This document shows positions 1-11,100 of a DNA stretch of 47,347 nt, one piece after another. Under the pieces are notes generated by a model. That model did not search any database. It was not told the origin of the DNA and saw only the letters and a list, made by a program, of their open reading frames with translations. How positions within the stretch are numbered: position 1 is the first letter of the stretch; every line of letters starts with the position of its first letter. Origin of the DNA: Catajapyx aquilonaris (Eukaryota); NCBI GenBank assembly GCA_000934665.2, contig KZ538791.1, positions 1 through 47,347 on the forward strand. The letters run 5' to 3'. Both the position numbers and the translations under genes were made by a program.

Positions 1-360
1 AAATCACTCCGGGAGCAGTCCGCCCGGGAGCCAATTAACTTTTGGAACCTGGTGAGGGTAGGGCAGGAACCTCCTCCCTCCAGACAAAAATATGCCACCA
101 AGATCATTCTGCCCCGGGACCAGACCCCCAGAGGCGAGCAAGCAGAGGCCATTTAACATGGGCAGGGATAGGAAAGTCCCGCCTCTGCACAGCTAACGCC
201 GCCATTTTGATGGCAGGCCAAATTTGGCCGCTAGGGGCGTGCAACTGGAAATTGGTCACTTCCTCCTTCCTGCTAACTGGGGGACTTCCCCGCTCTCCGG
301 TCCTTCCCTTCTGTACAGGTCACGCATGGATGCAAGCTTGTTAGGGCACTGAGCGGCCCG

Positions 361-597
361 GGGGCACAAGTCGAAAGAATGGAACACAACACAGCTCAAA
401 TAGGGGCATAAGTCAAAAAGTGCCCCTATTGATGCTGGAACAGATTCGAAATGCAAAACGGCAATAGAGACATATGTCCCATCTAGTGGTGGAATTTTGC
501 ATTTCGAGGTGTGCCCCCTTTTCCTGCTGAATGTGCACACGGTCATGGACCCTGCTATAGTAATAAGTCAAAATCGTCATTTTTTGACTTGTGCCCC
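361..597. mobile_element. MITE with ~20-bp imperfect TIRs
   Basis: ggggcacaagtcgaaagaatg (361-381) vs cattttttgacttgtgcccc (578-597); internal copy ggggcataagtcaaaa at 403-418. Confidence 0.6.
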
Positions 598-1029
598 TGT
601 TATTGCCGGGGTGCGATATATTTTATACGTCTCTTTTCATTTTATAAAGCTCTTTCATATCCGAAGCCTCTTTTAATATACGGCTTTTGTGCAGCTTCCT
701 ATAGTATTTTTAAATGAAACCGTGCGCAGGGGTCACGTGTGAAGTTGTAGCAGAAATTTTGCCTAAGGATACATCCTTATAGCGTTTAGATTGGGTGTGT
801 GTGCCTGTGTCAGGCACACGTAGACGTAATGATTTTCGGAAAGGTCTTGCCAGTATTCAGTGGCAAGGCTATTTCCATCGCATAGCTGGCTCGTGCCTAT
901 TACGAATACCTGTATCATACAATATTTATCTCAACAGTATCTCAACTGATGTGACCAGCAGTCCTGCGCTAATTGCCAGTTGCACCATGGGAAGTAGTCC
1001 AAAGACATCACCATAGCTCCCAAAAGCTG

Positions 1030-1465
1030 AATTTTTGTCCAATACGTTCGTCCAAGCTGCACCTGTGCCAGCATAAACATTTTTGTGTGCAAACGACGCG
1101 ACGCGACGTCTCGTCCATGTAGGCTACCCTTTATTCTGAACGACACTTCAATACATTTTTGTCCAAAAGCAACTCGTCCGACAGAATGCTCCCTGGGTGT
1201 TGATATTGATTATTATTTTAGTTGATTATAAATGAATAATATTAGGCCTACTAATTAATTGAGATCCATTTGCGTAAGCTGTGCCTGGAGGTAACCATTG
1301 TGAATAACAGGGGAGTTTCTTTTTTTTTAAATCCAGAAGGGACTGCCGTAGACGTGTCGTTTGGACGAAAAGGTCTTCTGAGCGATATTCCGTCTGACGA
1401 AATGCCTTTGATCGTTGTGGACGAATGTGGATGTATTTGGACGAATATCGTTTGGGCGATACAAT
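1030..1465. mobile_element. Degenerate MITE with inverted arrays of subterminal motifs
   Basis: Repeated tcgtcc(a/g) and tttgtccaa on the left (1034-1180); the complementary tggacgaa is repeated on the right (1361-1445). Confidence 0.45.
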
Positions 1466-1846
1466 AGGACATCCTCAGAGGTATACTGTATACAGAATGT
1501 AATGTGAACACGTACTGACTTGCGTGGATTCAAGCGCAGTCCCCATAGTTTGGGCTTCATGGAGACGTCACGATGGATGGGGGGAAATGTCAAAATGCTT
1601 TCGCCGGAAAACCGTAGTCTCGTATTTAAAACGCTTATATAGATTGTATATGATGTCTCGGGCCTTAGTGCCAATTACTGCACCGCATGAAGTCGTACCG
1701 TAGATCTAAACTCAATATTTAGAAACGAACTCTCCCGTATATTATGATTACGACAGTATTATTATGATGTTGGCCTCATGATTTTTTTCAAACTAATATA
1801 CGAGTATTCTCGTATTATTATACCTATACAGTATGCATGCTGTTCC

Positions 1847-2430
1847 TTAGCAGGATGTCGTCTGGATCAGATTACTCGTTGGACAAGTCAAAATGTATAG
1901 GGATGTGAAAATAATGTCGAGGGACAAACCCACAGTAACGAGGTAGACGACCAGACACATTGACCTGCCCCTATATGCACTGCAACACCAACGACACCTA
2001 TTTGTAGGAGATCCCCTGAAAGGTGGACCGGCTCGGTCCACCTTTCAGGGGATCTCCTACAAAGAGGTGTCGCATGTCGTGGGTGTTGCAGTTACAATAG
2101 TTGCCTAGGGAGCAAGATATGAGGCAGATAGGATATGAGAGTGATACTCATGACTGCGAAAGAGGCAATCTCGCAAAATACTATCAATAATGAGGATCAC
2201 GCTCATATCCTGCTCTCTTGGCAATCCCTGTGCGGTGAGCGAGTCCATCTGCAAAGAGGCGTCGCGTCGCGTCCGTCGTGTGTGTTGCCGCATGTGTCTA
2301 GGGGTAGGGCAATGTGTCTGGTCGTCTACCTCGTTACTGGTTGTCCCTCGACATTTCTCCCCCTACATTTCGACTTGTTTATATTAGTTTTGGGCCAACG
2401 AGTAATATTCCGATAGAACGACATCCTAAT
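1847..2430. mobile_element. Foldback element with ~150-bp inverted arms and two internal hairpins
   Basis: Perfect 30-bp IR at 1933-1962 / 2310-2339 within longer imperfect arms; perfect 30-bp hairpin at 2001-2030 / 2034-2063 (loop gct); imperfect hairpin at 2101-2225. Confidence 0.75.
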
Positions 2431-3087
2431 AACATCCTGAAACACCCTGTAATTATGATTGGGCCCTTGCGACTGCTACATCCATATGTCCAAATCCAAA
2501 AGGATCAAATACTACAGCATGCTGTCGTGATTGTTTTTATTTTGTTGCTATTTATTGTGACTAACTTGCGTCTCCTTTTTCATCGCTGCCTAACACTTAG
2601 TGGAAAATGTGATAAGTTGTTGCGGAGTAGGATTATGACTGGTCACCTCACTGGATGTCTAATTTGAAATTTTAAAAACTCCATCAACTTACCAAGACAG
2701 TGAGATAATACCTAATAACTTGTACTTGGTGGTTATAAAATCCCGGAAATTCATATAATTTGTATTGGAGACAAGCCCCTACCGGCCTACCCATCATTAA
2801 CATCGGCTCGTATACAGTATAGTCGATTATACACTGTACGCTACACATAGATCCTGCAATCCTAAATCGACGTTTCATACAGAGGATGTTTCATAATTAT
2901 TCGGACAAACGTCTCTAACGTGAGTTCCTGGGCACCAGCGCATGACTTTGTCATTCGGTCTCCGCAGCTCCTTATCGAGATAATAAGCAGTAAACAAAAA
3001 TTATATTATACCACCTTCTAGGCGGACAAGACATGACCATCGCCTCTACTGCTTCACTGACTCAGACTGCCTTCTCCACCTTGCGGG

Positions 3088-3091
<4 letters not shown>

Positions 3092-3120
<29 letters not shown>
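3092..3120. repeat. (CT)n microsatellite at SINE tail
   Basis: ~14 CT units. Confidence 0.9.
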
Positions 3121-3124
<4 letters not shown>

Positions 3125-3506
3125 ATTTTTGAGAAATACCCCGTGCTAGAGCCATGGGCTCTCTTAGGGAAGTGGATTACCACTATCGTGCAGGGACAGG
3201 GTTTCAAGTTGGGGGTCGTGTGCAGTCCCTCAGGGGGGGCCCCCTAAGGGACTGCACACGACCGCCAAGATGACCCCCTAGATGCGAGTCAGAAACTCCC
3301 ACTGACCCGCACCTCCTCCAGGGCAGGGAAAGGAAGGAAGCGGCTGTGGCCTATTTTACGGTACGATCCCGGAAATTATTCCGGGGGTGACCTTGGGAAA
3401 CCACAGAAAACCAAGGTCAGGATCGCTGGCCTCCGGGATTCGAACCCAGGACCTCCCGATTAGCAATCGGACACCATATCCACTAGACCACTATACTGCT
3501 TCGGTC
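3121..3506 (-). mobile_element. tRNA-derived SINE, copy 1 (head A + core + module B + tail)
   Basis: Minus strand: A box tagtggtctagtgg, anticodon-like loop ttgctaa, B box ggttcgaatcc, core ggttttctgtggtttccc, A-rich tail; homologous to 13247-13698 and 44616-44926. Confidence 0.85.
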
Positions 3507-5065
3507 ATATCTCTTTAAATTGCATGGTAAACCCGAATTGAAAGAGAAAGGTTCAGGATCTTTCATATCTTGGTGTTTACAGCTCAGTTTCTCGGTTACA
3601 AGGCTGCAGACACGAAAAAATGACACCTTTACATATTGAAAGTGATCTTCTTCTGCGCAGAACTTTACTCTAGAATAATTATTATGAAACGCGTTCATCG
3701 GTCAACAATAAAAATAACCATATTTTTATGTGGTACCGGTACTTCTCCAAAAAGTAAATTTGCAGTCTTAGGCCTATATTTATGGCATATACAGTATTGT
3801 GCCATCATAGTAAACCTATATCAGGCGATACACTACCTCATTTAACCATAATGACACTCTGAACCAGAGACATCAACCCACATCAACCCACAATAAATAT
3901 ATACTCATACACCCAAACCTGCAATTGTATGCTCAAAGACACAGACGTGCAGTACTTATGCACTGTAAAAATAGTATTATGATAATCATATGGATGATAT
4001 GCCTCACTGACCACTGCTATCTTGATACTCGTATGGTATAATATTATTTTCTCTAGCTATGACAGTGAGAATCGTGCAAATTGACATTACTAAAATAAAT
4101 CCCATCATTATGTGACCAAAAAAACCATTTTGAACCAGTATTTATACACAGAGGCTTGCCACTACTGTCCCCAACTCCGAGAAAAACCTTGCACCTGCAT
4201 CCTGGTTGATTGCTAATTTTCTTTTGATCGAATATGTGGGAGCAGAATGCCCACCAAACAAATGGGGATCCCATCGCCATATGCACCTGTCGCACCTTTG
4301 CTTCAGTTTGTGAGGATACGCCGTCCACGTCGCGTCGTAAAAGTGTCAACACCGGCTTGAATCATGTGTCCATTTTTGTGATGGAAACTACTACTACAGA
4401 TGTCACGATGAATTCAGCGCTTTCAAAACACGTATAGACCGTGCATGTACCGGTACGGTAGTATGAAAGTATGATGCCCTATTATATATCTGTAAATAAC
4501 TGCGCGTAATATTAACGCATTCCAAAATTAATGCTTGTTTAGCCATAATACTTTTAAAAAATAAATCACCACAAAATTCATCATAACTACAGCACAGGAT
4601 GGCGCACATCTTTAGCTACCACTGCACATACGTATATAGACCCCATGTTTATAAAGATAATATCTTTCGAACTGTGGTGCTAAAATATTTTTGTAAGCCT
4701 ATATCGAACACTTTCTCGCCAAACCTATGGTTTTATCTTTCGGCCATTCTCTATTATCTAGCCTGCCAAAAAAATTTAAGGACCTGATGGATCAAATGGT
4801 AAGAAGAAATTGCAATGTTCTTTATGGTAACAATTGTCGCGGACGGGGAAGCAGAGGAGAGTCTGCAAGTACTGGGTCCCTCCAGTGGAATCTTCATATA
4901 CATGTCATATCGCTGTATCAAATTGACAAAATTTTTATTACCAATCAATTACTAATGATCTTAAATGTGAACAACTTGATTCGCATTATTAATAAATCAC
5001 ACGGTGTCTGAGAATGCTATCTACGATACAGGCTTCTTAGCCCAAATCTTAACCATCCCCCTGCA

Positions 5066-5368
5066 ACTCCTACTCCCAGCCTTTTGGAGATCCCTCATCC
5101 CTGTGTACTTGGTTGCTCTACTCTCCACCACCCCTAATTTGGCGCTGCTGGCGCTCCACGCTCACGAAGCGGTTCGGACGGACGCCTTTTGAACCAACCC
5201 ACTGCAGCTGGGTTCGCGGAGTACATTCGCAGACTCGCCCTCCAACCGCCCGAATCCGCCTTGGGCGCTTGATGACGGTGGAGCGCCAGCAGCGCCAAAT
5301 TTGTATTGGTGGAGAGCAGCTAGCTAAGACACACAAAAGGAGGGTGGGGGTCGGTGGGGGTGGGAGTT
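5066..5368. mobile_element. GC-rich MITE/foldback element
   Basis: Perfect 24-bp IR aatttggcgctgctggcgctccac (5136-5159 / 5278-5301), extended by ctctccacca/tggtggagag and degenerate outer arms. Confidence 0.65.
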
Positions 5369-6433
5369 TCCAGTCCTGAGTACGTATCGCGGATCACGAG
5401 TTGATAATGCAAGGAGCTCGGTGGTAGATCGTCGTAAAGCCCAAAGAAATAGTTGATCATTGTTATGAATTGTTTAGAATATTGTTACCAACAATAATTG
5501 AGGAGTTGACATGGGAACAGGCGTACGTCACAATGAGCAATGTGCCACAAAAAAAACAGTAGCTTAGATTTTAATGTTGAACTCATAAACTTCTTTTCTT
5601 GGATTTTTCCCGACTTTTTGTAACAAAATCACGCTTTTGTGTAATAAAGTCTTCTACATAGTGTTCTCATAACTGGGTTTTTTGTGTTTTTTTGCCGAGC
5701 CTAGAGGAGTGCAATAATATTAATGGATCATGATCTTACTAACTTACAGTTATACAGTTATAGTTGTTCATCAGTACAATATTGCATGGGGATCCTCTCC
5801 TCTTACAGAGGTTTTTGAAACGGCGCCTTGCCTCCTAATTTTATCCCTATGCAACTTTGTGTAATTGCCTCTTTATAAGCAGTGCGTTTCTTGACTTCAT
5901 AACAACATTGGTTATGAATTACTAAGGGACCATGAAAACTTGTCCGGGTAAAGCCGATTGTTTTAATGCATCCCAGAGGAGCCGTGGCCTGCATTGTGGT
6001 ATAGTACATTGTTTCCACTGTGACGCATACAGCTTTTTGGGTCAGAAGTTAGAGTAAGCTTAGTACCTTTAAAGGTCAAAATAGGTTTTGACACCTAAAA
6101 TAGGCTACTGTAGACACAAATCCTTTTACGGTACCCTCGACCATTCCTCTTCATGGGGCATAACCATCAAACCATGCGAGTGCTATACTGTAAGGGATGT
6201 TTTTATAACGCTACCGACAAACAACAAGCTTGAAGCCCTCGGGGCCAGAGATTGTTGTATGCAAATATTACGTCCCTACAACCTCATTAATGAAATAATA
6301 TTATTGGTAAGTAAAAAGAAGCGTATCTTTTTTTTGTCAAAACCCTCACTTGTCCAGTTTCACTCTATCCGCACAAGTCTACTTTACGGGCTGGTTATCG
6401 TTGGATTTAGAAATTAGTTTCCATATAGGCCTA

Positions 6434-7020
6434 CAGTAAAACTTCTTTAAGTCGAACTTCCCCAAGTCGAAGTTCTCTATAAGTCGAAGAAAATGATGAG
6501 GTTGGTTGGTCACAATGTAAAATAATAGGAAATAAACTTCCCTAACTCGAATTTCTATAACCCGAAGCTCTCCATAACTCGAAGTGCAGGCAGGGCCTTA
6601 CGATGGGATATCAATGCATTTTCAGTCTCCCTAAGTCGAAGTTCATGTTGGCGAGTACGGCTCATTTCCCGACCGAAGGGTCAGGCCACATCTACAGAAA
6701 GGCTCAACTTCCTGATCTCCGTCTACCAGACGTACCGAAAGAAGTGTTAGACTCGATTGTGACAATTGAATCCTTGAATCTAAGAGTAGGAAAAATGTCC
6801 ATAACGGAGATTTCTTTTGCAACAAAACAACGAGGAACATTGTAAGTGTGATAGTGACAGTTATTTTTAAGTTTTGAAGACCTTTCGCCGCTGGATATAA
6901 AGGTAGGCTTCCTTATAGAGTTATGTGCTTAAAAAATTGCAAACTTCTCAAACTCGAATCTTCTATAACTCGAAGTTTTTTCCCGGTCCCATGGAGATTC
7001 GACTTATAAAAGTTTTACTG
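6434..7020. mobile_element. pogo/Tigger-type MITE (Tc1/mariner superfamily)
   Basis: TA + cagtaaaacttctttaagtcgaa ... ttcgacttataaaagttttactg TIRs; repeated aa(g/c)tcgaa subterminal motifs. Confidence 0.8.
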
Positions 7021-7029
7021 ATATTTCTG

Positions 7030-7215
7030 ACCAGAAGTGTGTCGGGGATTTACCCAAACAGGTGTCATGGTCAACTTCCGGTGACCGGCACTTATTCTTT
7101 CTTTGGGGGAAAACTACCCATAAAGTTTCATACTTGAATGAGAAAAAGTCTACTCTAATCACGCTCACGTGATTTGCCAATCTTGTTTATGCCAACCAGG
7201 ACTAACCGTAGGTAG
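7030..7215 (+). promoter_or_regulatory. Candidate CLEC16A promoter / first non-coding exon with ETS and CLEAR-type E-box motifs
   Basis: ACTTCCGG at 7074-7081, TCACGTGA at 7165-7172, possible donors near 7208-7212, ~850 bp upstream of the ATG exon; TSS not observable from sequence. Confidence 0.35.
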
Positions 7216-8065
7216 TTTAGTTATATATAGGGACCTCAGAGAAAGTTGGTACTAATCTGCTTGCTGATCCCGACTGATCCGAATCATTACAAAATGTCTA
7301 GTATCCTGCACTAAATGTTGCATTCATTTAAATGAATATAATATCTGGCATAATTAATTTTGCGTGAGTATTAATTTAAACATTTCAGTACAGTACCGTA
7401 CCATAGCTTCCCCATTGCCACCACTATTGCCATCTATCATCTGCAACAAAACATAAGTTGAGTCATCTAGTATGTCTTTTTCCTTCTAGAGGTCAGCATG
7501 TGGCAGTAAGACGTGAGGATCTGATCTGAGTTGCTGTGTGCCTGAGATGAAACACACACATCCTCCATTTTTACGGTCAGCATTTCATCGTGGCTGAGAT
7601 TCATTGGCAAATTTATTGTGTAGGTGCGTAAGGAGAAGGAGCTGTAGGAAGTACTTGATCTGTGGGCTGTACATTTTGGGTTGACCTTGAGGAGAAAATG
7701 AAGGGGGGCCAGTGTAAGGGTGGGTCTGGCCCAAATATGTCGTTTTAGACTTTGTACTTGGTTATCATTGGTCCCTATTTTTTGATGGAGTTGTACCAGT
7801 TTTGTTGGGGGGGGGGGGGGNGGCAATCATGTGCAGGTCACCAGGTCATGTGTGTAATTATGGCACGCCTGGTGGTTGGTCTTGTCACAAGATTAAATGT
7901 CCTCGTTCAATGACTTGCGATATGGGAAGTGGCATTGTTTGTGGTGTTGTTCATGGGGGCGTGTGTTGTTGACTAGTTTTGATAGTTTCAGGTGGACTGA
8001 CAATGGGCACTTTACGGCCGTTGCGGTAGCCAGGTGGATTAGGCAGGAGCAAAATCTCTGCAGTC

Positions 8066-8139
8066 ATGTTTCGCAGCCGTAGTTGGTTTGGCGGTGGGTT
8101 TTTCAAGCCTAAGAATCCACACTCTCTGGAGCATCTCAA
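8066..8139 (+). CDS. CLEC16A: CLEC16A coding exon 1 ([25 protein letters not shown])
   Basis: ATG at 8066; donor AA|gtgagt. An upstream acceptor tttcag at 7991 suggests a 5'UTR portion from 7992. Confidence 0.92.
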
Positions 8140-11100
8140 GTGAGTATCAATTAATGCTCAGTGTTACATGTCATTTAATTGCAGAAACATCATGTTCGCA
8201 CCTTAAAATTTATGTTAGTGATGATTTTAAGAGGACACTTCTTTTTTTTGCAATACGCACCTTGTCGACCCAGAACTGTAATTCCTTCAGCTAGAGACGG
8301 GCACAATTCACATCCACACTTAAGAATGAATTAATTCCTCTCAGTGTCTAAAGAGCAAAGATTTTCAGTAACCATGCAATTACATTTTACCCATCTCTTA
8401 CACTGCCATTTAAAAATCATGTAGTAGGCAAAAAGAGACATCTGGAAGAGCTTCAAACATGTGACTTTTAACAAGTGAGTTTAATATCCCCATTGTAACA
8501 AAAAAAGGAACAATTGCAGATGGAGGGGTCAAAATCCTTCACATTACAGTCTCACTCATGCTTGTAAACAAGTTTTATTTGCAGTGTCATATTATTCATG
8601 TGGCCTTGAGTGGACTTTCAGTTTACGCCCCTTTTTGTATTGCCCATGATCAGGTCAGTTGAGGCCCTGGTCACACGTGAAACACATCCTGTGATTTGTG
8701 TCCTGCAGCAAAATTATCCTGTGTAACGAACAGTAGTATCATTCATGCAACTAGTTGCAATGGATATACAGATTCTAACAGGCACTATTTTCACGAGACT
8801 TTTAGGCCGGAAATCCCATGCTTTGACTGCATGATATTGGTCATGGGCAGTGGTAGCATGCCTCTTGTAAGAGAATTTGCCAAAATGTGTCGGAGGAAAT
8901 TTGTTTTGTATGTGACCAGGGCCTAATTCAACTGCATTGTGGAACAAGTAATCATGCGTTATGCTTGGATGCATTGTCATTTGGAAAGTCACTGTGGCGT
9001 GTTTTATTTGTCAGGTGGAAGTTTGCAAATGATGAACCGTCTCTTTTAATGTTTTTTTCTCTACTGCAAAGTGTGTTTTATGCTTTTATACATAAAATGA
9101 TGAAGAGTGGAGCTGATTGTTGTTCCAGTGGGACCAAGTATGTTGATTGTTGACCTTGGAAAAGGGGGGAATAAAATTTTTTCCAACAACCTACTACCCT
9201 ACCTTGCCAAGTAATTGATCTGGACCCTGTTTGAGATTCGAATGGCATTAATTCTAGAGGTGTCAGGTATCCACCAAAGGCTAAATATAAACATTTTTTG
9301 AACAGGGAGCCAAAATATGACAACCAAGGTCATGGCGAGTAATAATAATATTGTTTAATTGATTAGACATTCTTTCAAGATATACCAGGTGGTGCATTTC
9401 CAAAATCCCCACTTCAAGGAAAGAAGTTATGGGTTCTTTGCCCCAGTGAAAAGTTGTAGAAGAAACAACCTGTTGGATTCTGTATTTTTACCCCTATTCT
9501 AAGAAAAAAGAAAATCCTATCTTCATCAAACCTGTCTTCCTGTACATGTTATTACAACACTGGTTGAAAATCCCCATTCACTATCTAATGCATGAATTAC
9601 CATATTTGACAGCATATAAGACACACTCTTTCCCAAAAAAATGGCACAAAAAATCGCCCTGCGTCTTATATATGTGAAAATACATTAAGAACTTTTTCCC
9701 TGAAAATGATCTGCTGAAATGGGGCTGCATCTTATATGCCAGTGGTCTTATATGCAGTCAAATATGGGAATCTATTTGACACACTAGCCATTTTTAATAG
9801 TAGGTTAAGTTGTCCTTTCAAGTGTGAAAGGAGAAGTTCAAAGTGTGCTATAATTGTTGCTTCATTTCCAGATATTTATATAGTGTCTTGTCCAAGAATC
9901 AGACTGTGTCTGAAGGAAACAGAGGATTGTTAGTTGAAACTTTGAGGTCCATAGCAGAAATATTGATCTGGGGAGACCAGAATGATGGGAGCGTATTTGA
10001 GTGAGTTTGTGGCTATTGTAGTACAATATTTTCAGATGTTTCATAAAGAATACAAAATATAATGAGTGAATGATAAAATTGTTTTCAGCTTTTTCCTTGA
10101 AAAGAACATGCTGTCATTTTTTCTTAAAATTATGAAGCAGAAATGTGGGAGCTATGTGTGTGTTCAGCTGCTCCAAACACTCAATATTTTATTTGAGAAC
10201 ATCAGGAATGAAACCTCCTTATGTGAGTACTTGAGGTATTCTATGTTAAAACTAGACTGATTTATTTATTTTTCAGATTATTTGTTATCCAACAATCATG
10301 TGAACTCCATCATTGTACATAAGTTTGATTTTTCTGATGAAGAAGTGATGGCATATTACATCTCTTTTCTAAAAACCCTATCACTGAAGCTAAACACGCA
10401 TACCATTCATTTTTTTTACAATGAGGTAAATATTGTGTGTGTACAGCTTTGTTCAATATGAAGGATTAATTTTGCTTTTTGTTTCCAGCATACTAATGAC
10501 TTTCCATTGTATACTGAAGCCATCAAATTTTTCAACCACCCAGAGAGTATGGTTCGCATTGCCGTTAGGACATTAACGCTTAACGTGTACCGTGTGGATG
10601 ACAAGTCAATGTTAAAGTTTATTCGTGACAAGACTGCTGCCCCGTATTTCTCAAATTTGGTTTGGTTTATAGGCAACCATGTATTAGAACTTGATGCTTG
10701 TATTCGCAATGATGCAGAGTAAGTATCAACTTTTGTTTCATTGTTGGTTCCACTTAACAGTATCCTTCATTTCATTTCATTTCAGCACTCAAAGTCGCAC
10801 CAAATTGGCTGATCTTGTGGCTGAACATCTAGATCATCTACACTACCTGAATGATATCCTATGTTTGGAGATATCCGACCTAAATGAGGTCTTAACAGAT
10901 CATCTTTTGAACAGACTTCTCATTCCGTTGTATGTCTACTCACTCACCAAGCGACGACGACACTCACAGTTGGAAGATGACAAGCCTCACGTTAGCAGTG
11001 TGGTGTCTCTCTTCCTACTGTCACAAGTGTTCTTAATTATTACCCACGTTCCACTGGTCCAAGCACTAGCATGGATTATTCTCAATGGTGATATGGGCAT

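Noticed and set aside
6450..6640. Regularly recurring aagtcgaa/aactcgaa motifs resembling a short-repeat array
   Set aside because: Subterminal repeats of a Tigger-type MITE; units are too short and irregular for CRISPR, and the DNA is eukaryotic.
7807..7823. Poly-G/C runs containing N (also near 17790, 37750, 38510, 42980, 46540) as G-quadruplex candidates
   Set aside because: Homopolymer length and content are unresolved sequencing/assembly positions.
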